From Candidatus Niyogibacteria bacterium RIFCSPLOWO2_01_FULL_45_48 (lineage in GTDB: Bacteria; Patescibacteriota; Minisyncoccia; HO2-45-28): a DNA stretch of 64,000 nt. The stretch covers positions 20,150 through 84,149 of the forward strand of contig MHMQ01000032.1 in assembly GCA_001819395.1 (NCBI GenBank). The letters run 5' to 3'. The position numbers and the translations under genes were made by a program. The notes under the pieces were generated by a model, which was given only the letters and a program-made list of their open reading frames with translations, made no database searches and had not been told where the DNA came from. Shown here piece by piece: positions 1-8,884 of this stretch; position 1 is the stretch's first letter, and the number at the start of each line of letters is the position of its first letter.

Positions 1-444
1 GGCCCCGACAAAAAGGATTTTAGGCGGGGCAGGGCGGCGGCCGTAAACATCGTGCCGTCATCCACGGGCGCTGCGGATGCCGTCATAAAAGCGGCTCCAT
101 TTATGAAAGGAAAGTTTGACGGAATTGCCATGCGCGTGCCTGTAATTTCCGGCTCATTGATTGATTTTACTTTTGTTGCGTCTCGCGAAACTTCGGTTGA
201 TGAAATAAACGATATTTTCAGGAAGGCAGCAAGAGCTCCAGAATGGAAAGGGATTTTACGAGTATGCGAGGAGCCGATAGTGTCATCTGATATTTTAGGA
301 GAGGAATACGGCTCAATAGTTGATCTGGCCTTCACTCGTGTTGTGGGTGGTGATCTCGTGAAAATTCTTTCATGGTATGACAATGAATGGGGATATGGCG
401 CCATGCTTTTGAAGCACGTTGAGAGTTTGAAGGATTATCTATGA
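1..444 (+). CDS. gap: glyceraldehyde-3-phosphate dehydrogenase, C-terminal part (5' end lies outside window)
   Basis: Frame open from nt 1; NIVPSSTGAA and SWYDNEWGY GAPDH signatures; stop overlaps next start (ATGA at 441-444). Confidence 0.85.
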   Translation, partial: GPDKKDFRRGRAAAVNIVPSSTGAADAVIKAAPFMKGKFDGIAMRVPVISGSLIDFTFVASRETSVDEINDIFRKAARAPEWKGILRVCEEPIVSSDILGEEYGSIVDLAFTRVVGGDLVKILSWYDNEWGYGAMLLKHVESLKDYL

Positions 445-887
445 AAGTCCATCTCGCGGCTGATCACGCCGGTTTTGAGCTTAAAGAAAAAATTAAGCAA
501 TTTTTGGGCGGGCTTGGGTACGAAGTTCAAGACCACGGCGCTTTTGAATATGACGAAAAAGACGATTATCCGGATTTAATAAGACCGGCTGCCGAAGCGG
601 TGGCCAAAGACCATGAAAGTCGCGGAATAATTTTAGGCGGTTCGGGTCAGGGTGAGGCAATGGTTGCGAACCGTTACAAAGGCGTAAGGGCTGCTGTGTA
701 TTATGACGGACCGGAGGAGATAATTAAACTTTCGCGTGAGCACAATGACGCCAATGTTTTGTCGTTGGGGGCAAGGTTTGTGTCTGGACAAACGGCTTTG
801 GATATGGTAAAATTATGGCTGGATACGGAATTTTCAGGCGAAGAGCGCCATAAAAGGCGCATTCAGAAAATAGACGGAGGTGAATGA
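441..887 (+). CDS. rpiB: ribose-5-phosphate isomerase B
   Basis: 148 aa, RpiB/LacAB-like sequence (MKVHLAADHAGFELK...GSGQGEAMVANR); ends with TGA. Confidence 0.8.
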   Translation: MKVHLAADHAGFELKEKIKQFLGGLGYEVQDHGAFEYDEKDDYPDLIRPAAEAVAKDHESRGIILGGSGQGEAMVANRYKGVRAAVYYDGPEEIIKLSREHNDANVLSLGARFVSGQTALDMVKLWLDTEFSGEERHKRRIQKIDGGE

Positions 888-1084
888 TGGACCTGCTGAT
901 AGACGTTTTGTTTGAACTTAGCGGGTTGCTTGAAACATTTTACTTTATTTTTGCGATAGCGGCTGCTTGGGCCGGAGTGGTTCTTTTGGGTAAAATAGTA
1001 AAAAAATGGAGGTAAGAAATATAAGAATGGCCTCGCGAATTCGCGGGGTTTTTTGTTTTGGGTTAATGGATTTATACTTAAAAA

Positions 1085-1735
1085 ATGAAGGCAAAACTGG
1101 TTCCGGCGGCAAATGAGGCGTCATTTGAAGAAGTCGTTAAAAAAGTACGGCTGATTGAGGAGTTGGCCAAAGAGTTTGATCTGGACGAAATGCAAATTGA
1201 CGTTTCGGACGGCACTTTTACGCCGACGACGGTTTGGCATGAGCCGAAAGATTTGGTTGGATTTGAAACCAAATTAAAACTGGATTTTCATCTGATGATT
1301 AGTGATATGGATACGCGCGTGGGCGATTGGCTGATTGAGCCTGTTCGCAAAATAACTTTTCACTTGGAGGCGGCGCATGACCCAGCGCTCGTTTTGGAAA
1401 AAATTAAAGAATCAGGCAGGGAAGCGGGGATTGCGTTCAATCCCGAAACGCCGGTTGAGTCGCTTGAGCCGTTTTTTGGCAAAGTAAATTCTTTTTTGAT
1501 TTTGGGAGTAAATCCGGGCGCTTCAGGGCAGGGAATGTTGCCCGAAACCGCAGAAAAAATACGCGCATTAAGAAATGCGTGCAAGGGGTGTATAATAGGA
1601 ATTGACGGCGGAGTGACTCTGGAAAACGCCCGCGAACTTACCGAAGCCGGAGCGGATTATATTGTCGCCGCTTCAGCGATTTTCAGAGCCGAAGACATAA
1701 AAAAAGCGATAAAAGATTTAATAAAAATTTTATGA
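1085..1735 (+). CDS. rpe: ribulose-phosphate 3-epimerase
   Basis: 216 aa; DVSDGTF...FHLMI...GVNPG...IDGG motifs typical of RPE TIM barrel. Confidence 0.75.
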   Translation: MKAKLVPAANEASFEEVVKKVRLIEELAKEFDLDEMQIDVSDGTFTPTTVWHEPKDLVGFETKLKLDFHLMISDMDTRVGDWLIEPVRKITFHLEAAHDPALVLEKIKESGREAGIAFNPETPVESLEPFFGKVNSFLILGVNPGASGQGMLPETAEKIRALRNACKGCIIGIDGGVTLENARELTEAGADYIVAASAIFRAEDIKKAIKDLIKIL

Positions 1736-2283
1736 AGAAAAAAGATTGGTGGTTCATTCTTACTGCTGGGCTTGTTATGGGAGTGATAAGGTCCATAATC
1801 TCTTATAAATATCTGGACGCTGACTATTTGGTCTTAAGCTTTGCTGGGGTTTTTATAGTAACGACGCCAATGTTTTTGCTTCTTGTTAAGTTATATCGTC
1901 TGTTTAAAGGTGAAGACCGGAATTTGCAAAATCAGGCGGAAATTTCAGTAGATAAAAAAGTATATTGGTCTCAATTTGGTAGGTTAACGGGATGGTCTTT
2001 TTTAGCTGCCGTTTCGGGTATTGTGTCTACGTTTTTGTTTTTATATTCCGCTTCCTTAGGATTTGGCGGATTGCTATTCCTCGCTTCTTTGATGTGGTTT
2101 TTGGGCATATTGTTTGTGATTTGGATGGCGTCTTCGTTTTTTATTTACCTCTCGTATAAGAATAGCCGCGACATAAACGACATAAAAAGGGGCGTCAGAT
2201 CTTTTAAATATGTTCTGTTGATACTGACGACTGTATTGCTTACAGTGGATTTGTATGTTGCTGTGCGTTGTTGTACGGGGTAG
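1732..2283 (+). CDS. hypothetical integral membrane protein
   Basis: 183 aa, several hydrophobic helices; start overlaps rpe stop (ATGA). Confidence 0.45.
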   Translation: MKKKDWWFILTAGLVMGVIRSIISYKYLDADYLVLSFAGVFIVTTPMFLLLVKLYRLFKGEDRNLQNQAEISVDKKVYWSQFGRLTGWSFLAAVSGIVSTFLFLYSASLGFGGLLFLASLMWFLGILFVIWMASSFFIYLSYKNSRDINDIKRGVRSFKYVLLILTTVLLTVDLYVAVRCCTG

Positions 2284-2307
2284 GTAAAATTAAATTTTTA
2301 GACAAAC

Positions 2308-3195
2308 ATGGCACACTTGCATGATGAGAAGATTAAAGAGTTAGAGAAGAAGGCGAATGAGATTCGCCAGACTTTGATTGAATCGTTAATTGAGGCGGGG
2401 TCGGGGCACTCGGCAGGGCCTTTGGGCATGGCTGATATTTTCACTTTGCTTTATTTTCATGTTTTGGAGCACGACCCGAAAAAACCGGATTGGCCGGAGC
2501 GCGACCGTTTGGTGCTTTCAAACGGCCACATTTGTCCCGTTCAATACGCGACAATGGCCCATGCAGGATATTTTTCAATCAAAGAAACCAAAACGCTTCG
2601 TAAATTAGGCACAAGGCTGCAGGGGCATCCTCATCGCACTTCGCTTCCGGGACTTGAGACGACCTCTGGCCCTTTGGGTTCCGGCCTTTCGCAGGCCGTC
2701 GGAATGGCGATTGCTTTAAGAATGGATGGCAAGAAAAACATCGTGTACTGTCTGATGTCTGACGGCGAGCACGACGCGGGGCAGACATGGGAGGCGGCAA
2801 TGCTTGCCGGCCGTGAAAAATTGTGGAATCTGGTTGCGATAATGGACAGGAACAACATCCAAATTGACGGTAACACAGAAGATATAATGCCGCTTGAACC
2901 TCTTCGCGCCAAATACGAAGCGTTCGGCTGGCATGTAATTGATGTAGGAGGGCATGACTTTCAAGAATTGAACTCGGCGATTGATGAGGCCAAGGCGGTT
3001 TTTGAAAAACCCACAATGATTATCGCGCACACCATTCCGGGCAAGGGCGTAGAATATATGGAGCGAGATTTTCGCTGGCACGGCGTTCCGCCGGGCAAGG
3101 GGCCCGAGGATAAATTCCCGCGCGACAAACAGGGCGCGGAGGCCATTAAAGAATTGCGCACATTATGGGGCAGAATAAAAAGCGAACATGAGTAA
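2308..3195 (+). CDS. transketolase, N-terminal (TPP-binding) subunit of a split enzyme
   Basis: 295 aa; GHSAGPLGMADI, LSNGH, GPLGSGLSQAVGMA, DGEHDAGQTWEA transketolase N-half signatures. Confidence 0.9.
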   Translation: MAHLHDEKIKELEKKANEIRQTLIESLIEAGSGHSAGPLGMADIFTLLYFHVLEHDPKKPDWPERDRLVLSNGHICPVQYATMAHAGYFSIKETKTLRKLGTRLQGHPHRTSLPGLETTSGPLGSGLSQAVGMAIALRMDGKKNIVYCLMSDGEHDAGQTWEAAMLAGREKLWNLVAIMDRNNIQIDGNTEDIMPLEPLRAKYEAFGWHVIDVGGHDFQELNSAIDEAKAVFEKPTMIIAHTIPGKGVEYMERDFRWHGVPPGKGPEDKFPRDKQGAEAIKELRTLWGRIKSEHE

Positions 3196-3197
3196 TT
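3170..3197. repeat. 28-bp direct repeat (copy 1) = 3' end of transketolase N-subunit gene
   Basis: GCAGAATAAAAAGCGAACATGAGTAATT; 27/28 identical copy at 4837-4864; partial copies at 3855-3871 and 3935-3948. Confidence 0.85.
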
Positions 3198-3200
3198 AAA

Positions 3201-3863
3201 ATGAATAATATAAACATGGGAACAAAAACAAAGATTTTTGCATTTAGTGCAATATTGACAATATCCTTAATATATCTGTTCAGTGGCTTATTTCGTTTAG
3301 GCGGGTATCTAAGCTATACATATTTGGGCGTTGACCTGTTTCTGGATAAGTATGGACCCGCTCTGCCCAAGCTAGCTTTCCTGCTTTTATGGATCTTAAT
3401 GGGTGTCGTCTTGTTAGTAATATTAAAGAGATATAAGGTTAAAAACTATGTATTGTCTAAAATCTTTTTGGTTTCTGCGTTTGAATTTTTCATATTTGTG
3501 ATCAATCTTGTGATAAGCAGTGCAGTTGGAGGTGTGCCGGGCATGACAGGAATATTTTCAGCAATGATAATAGTTTGTGCTTTGATGATTTTCTCAAGTC
3601 TGGTAAAAGATTTTGGAAACATGAAAATAGATCAATCAACGCTCGAGGCGCCGGAGATTTTGGCGAGAGATAATAGCGAGAAAAAAATCAGAAACCATAT
3701 CGTCAATCTCGTCATTATAATTTCGACTATGTTCATCGCTTGGGCTATTTTGAACTATTTCGTCTCCAGCGCGTATATACAATATTCTCTTTTTAGATTT
3801 AAAAGTCCTTATTATATTAACCCCTCCAGCTCTTTACGCCACCCAACTATTTGGGAAAAATAA
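3201..3863 (+). CDS. hypothetical integral membrane protein
   Basis: 220 aa, AT-rich, multiple TM helices; sits between the two transketolase subunit genes. Confidence 0.45.
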   Translation: MNNINMGTKTKIFAFSAILTISLIYLFSGLFRLGGYLSYTYLGVDLFLDKYGPALPKLAFLLLWILMGVVLLVILKRYKVKNYVLSKIFLVSAFEFFIFVINLVISSAVGGVPGMTGIFSAMIIVCALMIFSSLVKDFGNMKIDQSTLEAPEILARDNSEKKIRNHIVNLVIIISTMFIAWAILNYFVSSAYIQYSLFRFKSPYYINPSSSLRHPTIWEK

Positions 3864-3941
3864 AAAGCGAACACCAATGATTTTTATAAATTATAAATAT
3901 TGTGAAATCACGCACCGAACTTGTTCTGGTGCGAGGCGAAC

Positions 3942-4820
3942 ATGAGTAAATATTTTATAGCCAGCATTTTGATCGTTATCATTTTTGCTGTTGCCGGCGT
4001 TTACTTTCTGATAAAAGAAACCGACGTACTTGAAAATAAGGCTGGTCAAAACTTGGAACGAAATCCGGCGGAATCCGTTATAAATCCGAAAGATTATATT
4101 TTGGAGAGTTATCCCTTAAGTCAGTCGCCGATTTACGACAGTCTTGAGAAAAATTGTTTTGACCGGCATATAGCGAGCGCCAAAGACATCCGTCTCGTTA
4201 AAGATCAAAACATTTTGGTGCCGAGCTTGTTGCGTCTTGTTTATCAAAGTGAAAATCAAAAGCCCGGGTGCCTGGAATACGTTGTTTCAGTTTTTTCCGT
4301 GCCTACGGGTGGGGAATACCTGTATTTTCAGGCTTCCCTTAATCCTGATGCTAACGTAAAGTACGCAGGTCCTTTTGGAATATACGCACTGGACTTGTCC
4401 GACTTGTCATTAAAAAAATTGTCCGTATCAAAATTTGTTTTCAACTTAGACGAGTACTTGCCTATTTCGGAAGGCACTTATCAGATTTTGGCTGGGGGGA
4501 ATCAGTTGGTGGACTGGGATTCGGGAGGTGTGTATCTTATAAACTTGGAAACAGATACCAGAAGCAGTATTTATAAAACAAAAGATGGTCAATGGCTTGT
4601 TTCAAGAATAATATTTGGCATGGGGCCATATTTTGGCCACGGTGTAAGGGTTGTAAACGACGAAATTATTGTTGGGGTATATGATAAAACCAAAACAGAA
4701 GATGGCTATCCAATCAAAATAGATCAGTACGGTAATATTTTTGCAGAGTCAGCTTCCGGAGCAGTTCTACGCGAATTTAAACCCAAGTTTATAGAAAACA
4801 TAACTTTGTATGTAAAATGA
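3942..4820 (+). CDS. hypothetical protein with N-terminal TM anchor
   Basis: ATG at 3942 preceded by GAGG; one N-terminal TM helix then soluble domain; no recognisable motif. An alternative TTG start lies at 3921. Confidence 0.45.
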   Translation: MSKYFIASILIVIIFAVAGVYFLIKETDVLENKAGQNLERNPAESVINPKDYILESYPLSQSPIYDSLEKNCFDRHIASAKDIRLVKDQNILVPSLLRLVYQSENQKPGCLEYVVSVFSVPTGGEYLYFQASLNPDANVKYAGPFGIYALDLSDLSLKKLSVSKFVFNLDEYLPISEGTYQILAGGNQLVDWDSGGVYLINLETDTRSSIYKTKDGQWLVSRIIFGMGPYFGHGVRVVNDEIIVGVYDKTKTEDGYPIKIDQYGNIFAESASGAVLREFKPKFIENITLYVK

Positions 4821-4836
4821 TTAAAAATATTATAGA

Positions 4837-4864
4837 GCAGAATAAAAAGCGAGCATGAGTAATT
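4837..4864. repeat. 28-bp direct repeat (copy 2), encodes orphan ...SRIKSEHE* tail
   Basis: GCAGAATAAAAAGCGAGCATGAGTAATT just after the stop of the 3942-4820 gene. Confidence 0.85.
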
Positions 4865-4883
4865 CGGCTGTTGCGTTAAATGT

Positions 4884-4893
4884 GGGGGGGGGG
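4884..4893. repeat. homopolymeric G10 tract in the promoter region of the surface-protein gene
   Basis: tgtGGGGGGGGGGttatc, 48 nt upstream of ATG 4941; preceded by TTGCGT (possible -35) so the tract would sit in the -35/-10 spacer. Confidence 0.85.
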
Positions 4894-4940
4894 TTATCAT
4901 TTAAACATTATTAGTTATCAATATTATAAATAATAAATAT

Positions 4941-7061
4941 ATGAAAATGAGGGTATTTGCAGCGGTCGTTACAATTATTATATTTTTAGGCGTTTTCGGC
5001 GCTCCGAAAGCTCACGCGGCATTAACCGAAGCCCAGATCCAGGCGATTTTGGGCCTTCTGCAATCGTTTGGCGCTGACCAGAGCGTTATAAATAACGTCA
5101 ACTCGTCGCTTCGTGGCGGGGTAGCGGTTGCGCCTTCAGGAACCGTACAAATCGCGCTTTTCACCGAGAATCTGGGTTGGGGGTCCACGCATCCCGAAGT
5201 TTCAAAACTGCAGCAGTTTTTAAAGGAGCGTGGATATTTTACCGGAGAAGTGACCGGAAGCTTTTTTGGCGCGACAGCGCAGGCAGTCAAAACATTCCAG
5301 TCTAAATACCAAATTGAGCAGAGCGGCTATTTCGGCCCGCAAACCCGCGCGGTTGCCAATAATATTTTACAAGGCGGGCAGACCCAGCCTTCCATCACCG
5401 TCCTTTCGCCGAATGGGGGAGAGGTGTGGGAAATTGGTTCTACAAACAGAATTGAATGGAAAAATTCGAATCTCCCCAGTGGCTCGGATCCGATAAACAT
5501 ACAATTGGTAAATGAACAAGGGGTTCTTATTACGACAATTGCTCAAGGTGTAGCAACGGGGGGTGTTTCCACAGGAGTGGGCGGGGGGGCGTATATGTGG
5601 ACTATTCCAAGTTCAATGAGCTCGGGCACTTATCGTATTAGAGTTATTTGCACCAAAGAACTTGCAGACTGTTTTTCTGGAAGCCTTCCTGTTAGCGATA
5701 CAAGCGACGCGCCGTTCAGTATTGTGGCACCCACAACGACGACCCTGCCTTCCGCCGGCTCTCTTTCTGTTTCGCTTGATTCCGCGACAAGTTTTGGATT
5801 TAGGAATGTGCTTATCGGATCAACCGGTGTTAGCCTTGCCAGCCTTAGATTCACTGCGGTCGGCGAAGATATCGATGTCAAACAGATAGCGCTTCAACTT
5901 TCGGACACCGCCCTTAACACTCCGGACGACCTTTTAAATCGAGAAATTCAACTCTACGACGGGAACGCTGTTTTGATCGGCCGGGCGGTTTTTACAACCG
6001 GCGATTACGCGATATCGACAAACATAATTAATTTCAGGGTGCCCGGAGGAGGATCCAAAGTCATGTTTATCAAGGGCGATATTGCCGCCAATGCGACTAT
6101 CGGCGACACGCTGAAAGTTGATTACGACGGCAATAATGCCGGTCTTGGAGGAAATTATGGTGTTGGTTGGACATCAGGCAATACCATTATTCCAACAGGT
6201 TCTGACACCGCTTCAGCCGGAGTTAAAATTATAAGTCCAACATCGGCAACCCAGCCCTCAATCACCGTTCTTTCGCCGAATGGCGGAATCGCCCAACTGT
6301 CCGGAGGCGCGTTTGATATTAAGTATAGAACTTCGGGTGTTTCGCGAATTGGTTTGGTTTTGATTAAAAATGGCGTGACGGTTTCTAGTGTTGGTATGTT
6401 CGACCAACTTGCCGACGGCGAGCACAGCGTGGCTTTCCTTGTGGGCCCACACAACGAACAAACTATCGGAACAGGAAGCGGATACAAAGTTAAGATTTAT
6501 AATTGGGATAACGCGAGTACTGTTGATGAGAGCGATGCTTTGTTTAGTATCGTGAAGCCGTCCCTGACCGCAAGCCTTGATGCGGGTTCTCCTGCTGGTT
6601 CTATTCTGGCGGGGACCTCCCGCGTTTCTTTAATGAGGGTTAAATTGTCGGCGGGGGATAGTGACGTGAAAATCAACGGCGTAACTATTCAAGACAACGG
6701 CGCAGGCGGCAGAATATCAAATTTAGAACTAACGACACCGACGCAACAAGATGCCGAAACTCACTTGGCCAATGGCGTTGCCATGGGCGGCGGCAGATAT
6801 CAGTTTTCGGCTCCCATCACGATTCCGGCAAACGGCAGTAAATTGCTGGACATTAGAGTCAATGTTTCGCCAACAGCATCGGGAGGCGTGTGGCTGACGT
6901 TTGAAAGTGTTCTTCATGGTTATGGCAACAGTTTGGTTGTCAGCGGTTTGGGATTTCAGGGCTCAATTCTCAACATAACCGGAACGTCGTCAATTGTTCC
7001 CAATGCCAGAAACTTTGCGAATATTTTTCAGTGGTGGCCTTTGACGATGGCTCCTCGCTAG
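4941..7061 (+). CDS. secreted Ser/Thr/Gly-rich surface protein with peptidoglycan-binding (PG_binding_1-like) domain and internal repeats
   Basis: Signal peptide MKMRVFAAVVTIIIFLGVFGAPKAHA; PG-binding-like stretch HPEVSKLQQFLKERGYFTGEVTGSFFGATAQAVKTFQ; repeated QPSITVLSPNGGE modules at approx nt 5390 and 6250. Confidence 0.65.
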   Translation: MKMRVFAAVVTIIIFLGVFGAPKAHAALTEAQIQAILGLLQSFGADQSVINNVNSSLRGGVAVAPSGTVQIALFTENLGWGSTHPEVSKLQQFLKERGYFTGEVTGSFFGATAQAVKTFQSKYQIEQSGYFGPQTRAVANNILQGGQTQPSITVLSPNGGEVWEIGSTNRIEWKNSNLPSGSDPINIQLVNEQGVLITTIAQGVATGGVSTGVGGGAYMWTIPSSMSSGTYRIRVICTKELADCFSGSLPVSDTSDAPFSIVAPTTTTLPSAGSLSVSLDSATSFGFRNVLIGSTGVSLASLRFTAVGEDIDVKQIALQLSDTALNTPDDLLNREIQLYDGNAVLIGRAVFTTGDYAISTNIINFRVPGGGSKVMFIKGDIAANATIGDTLKVDYDGNNAGLGGNYGVGWTSGNTIIPTGSDTASAGVKIISPTSATQPSITVLSPNGGIAQLSGGAFDIKYRTSGVSRIGLVLIKNGVTVSSVGMFDQLADGEHSVAFLVGPHNEQTIGTGSGYKVKIYNWDNASTVDESDALFSIVKPSLTASLDAGSPAGSILAGTSRVSLMRVKLSAGDSDVKINGVTIQDNGAGGRISNLELTTPTQQDAETHLANGVAMGGGRYQFSAPITIPANGSKLLDIRVNVSPTASGGVWLTFESVLHGYGNSLVVSGLGFQGSILNITGTSSIVPNARNFANIFQWWPLTMAPR

Positions 7062-7077
7062 ATTTTGTTTAACTAAA

Positions 7078-8103
7078 GTGTCGGTTAACCCCAAATCAAA
7101 ATTAGTTAAAGAAGTTTTGGACTTAAAAAAAGTCGGGCAGGCGCCGACGAGGAACGGGTATGGGGAAGGATTGGTGGAGGCGGGCAGGAAAGACAAAAAT
7201 GTGGTGGTGCTTTGCGCTGACCTGACCGAATCCACGCGTTCGGAAGCGTTTGCCAAAGAATTTCCGGAGAGATTCGTTCAAATGGGTGTGGCCGAGCAAA
7301 ATATGGCTTCGGTTGCGTCCGGCATGGCCGCGGTCGGCAAAATTCCTTTCATTTCTTCTTACGCCATGTTTAGCCCGGGGAGGAACTGGGAGCAGATAAG
7401 AACGACGATTTGCTATAACGAACGGCATGTGATTATCGGAGGCGCGCATGCGGGGGTTTCGGTGGGTCCTGACGGCGCGACGCATCAGGCAATTGAAGAT
7501 ATTGCCATAACCCGCGTTTTGCCGAATATGACCGTGATTGTGCCTTGCGATGCGGTTGAGGCCAAAAAAGCGACTGTGGCCTCGGTGGGGCTGAAAGGCG
7601 CTGTGTATCTTCGCTTTGCCCGCGAAAAAACGCCGGTATTCACAACCGACAAAACTCCGTTTAAGGTTGGACGTGCTGAAATACTTTGGGATTCAAGCGG
7701 TAGTCCCTCGCTTCGCTCGGGACGATCACGGCTTGACGTAGCCGTGATCGCTTGTGGGCCGTTGGTTCATAACGCGCTTTTGGCCGCGGCAGATTTAGAA
7801 AAGAAAGGGATCAAGGTCCGCGTTATCAATAACCACACCATAAAGCCGATGGACGAGAAAACTATTTTGAAAGCCGCAAAAGATGCGGGCGCATTAGTAA
7901 CGGTTGAGGAGCATCAGATAAACGGGGGAATGGGCTCGGCCGTGGCCGAAATAATCACACGAAATTATCCCGTGCCGATTGAATTTGTCGGAGTCAAAAA
8001 CCGCTTCGGCGAGTCAGGAGAGCCAACCGAACTTATTGAACATTTCGGTATGTCGTCAAAGCACATAATTGAAGCGGCGCGTAGGGCGATAAAGAGAAAG
8101 TAA
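7078..8103 (+). CDS. transketolase, C-terminal (pyrimidine-binding/C-domain) subunit
   Basis: GTG start; GYGEGLVEAG, FVQMGVAEQNM, GATHQAIEDIA motifs of transketolase C-half. Confidence 0.9.
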   Translation: MSVNPKSKLVKEVLDLKKVGQAPTRNGYGEGLVEAGRKDKNVVVLCADLTESTRSEAFAKEFPERFVQMGVAEQNMASVASGMAAVGKIPFISSYAMFSPGRNWEQIRTTICYNERHVIIGGAHAGVSVGPDGATHQAIEDIAITRVLPNMTVIVPCDAVEAKKATVASVGLKGAVYLRFAREKTPVFTTDKTPFKVGRAEILWDSSGSPSLRSGRSRLDVAVIACGPLVHNALLAAADLEKKGIKVRVINNHTIKPMDEKTILKAAKDAGALVTVEEHQINGGMGSAVAEIITRNYPVPIEFVGVKNRFGESGEPTELIEHFGMSSKHIIEAARRAIKRK

Positions 8104-8201
8104 GAAATCAACTATAAATGTAAACCCTACGTCGCAAGCTCCTCAGGGTCCTCAAAAAATATAGTCGCTACAGCTCCTTATTTTTTGGGAAATAAAAAAA
8201 A

Positions 8202-8229
8202 CCGCCGCGGGAAGCGTTTCCCCGCGGCG
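8202..8229 (-). terminator. rho-independent terminator for the minus-strand gene ending at 8272
   Basis: CGCCGCGGG / CCCGCGGCG 9-bp GC stem preceded on + strand by an A-run (T-run on minus strand). Confidence 0.55.
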
Positions 8230-8271
8230 AGCGTTCTAAACGTCCCACTCAGACGTCTTTCGTGGCCAGTT

Positions 8272-8529
8272 TCATAATGTGAGTAGCAGAACAGCCGACG
8301 TCAGAATTGCGCCGATGGCCATCCCCCAGAACTGCCCCCATTCTTTCTGTTTCCAGCCAAGTTGGGCAAAAGTCAGCTGGATGTAAATTCCAAGGATAAG
8401 CATCGGGACTGACAATCCCGACACGTTCCTCGTTCTGATGACCGTTTCCAGTTGCAGAGCCCAAGCCAGCACGTTTACCACGCCGGCTGTCCACACTCTT
8501 GTTTCCAAGCTGAATATTTTTCTGAGCAC
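8272..8529 (-). CDS. SemiSWEET / PQ-loop (MtN3-like) small sugar transporter
   Basis: 85 aa, three TM helices, ALQLETVIRTRNVSGLS PQ-loop-like motif; size typical of bacterial SemiSWEETs. Confidence 0.5.
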   Translation of the reverse strand: MLRKIFSLETRVWTAGVVNVLAWALQLETVIRTRNVSGLSVPMLILGIYIQLTFAQLGWKQKEWGQFWGMAIGAILTSAVLLLTL

Positions 8530-8623
8530 GGCGCTGTCTCCTTGCGTGGTCTCCCGTGGTTTTTGTCAAAAAACTTCCCGCCAAAATTTTCAAATCTATA
8601 AAATTGTTTTAAAAACTTTGGTG

Positions 8624-8662
8624 GGGCCCCGACGCTTCGCCTAAGCGAAGGTCGGGGCATGA
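8624..8662. repeat. GC-rich palindromic hairpin GCCCCGACGCTTCGC-ctaa-GCGAAGGTCGGGGC (terminator-like)
   Basis: Near-perfect ~15-bp stem with CTAA loop, directly downstream (minus strand) of the 8669-8884 gene; core GCCCCGAC...GTCGGGGC recurs inside the 136-bp elements at 33879-34686. Confidence 0.6.
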
Positions 8663-8668
8663 TGCGAC

Positions 8669-8884
8669 TTACTTGTTGGAGGACCGGCTCATCGCCTGGT
8701 CCAGCAGGAAGGCAAAGCCCGCCTCCAACACGAAGATCAGTCCGCCGATCACGAGGGCGTTCTTCGTTTTGGCGAAGAACTCGACGGTGAGGCCGAAGGG
8801 CGGGGCGTTCAGCGTCAGCGTGTAGAACGCCGACCCGAACATGATGAGACCGCAAATCAACAGCGTAAATCCGATGTGTTTCAT
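8669..8884 (-). CDS. small hydrophobic membrane protein, hypothetical (GC-rich island)
   Basis: 71 aa, two TM helices; local GC clearly above surrounding genes. Confidence 0.35.
   Translation of the reverse strand: MKHIGFTLLICGLIMFGSAFYTLTLNAPPFGLTVEFFAKTKNALVIGGLIFVLEAGFAFLLDQAMSRSSNK

Noticed and set aside
2579-3161. Overlapping minus-strand ORFs inside the transketolase N-subunit gene
   Set aside because: Antisense to a well-supported CDS. No RBS, and mutually overlapping frames.
8249-8855. Minus-strand ORFs 8249-8593 and 8475-8855
   Set aside because: Overlap the SemiSWEET gene and the small GC-rich membrane-protein gene in other frames. Arg/Gly/Pro-rich as expected from GC-rich DNA. 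No independent support.
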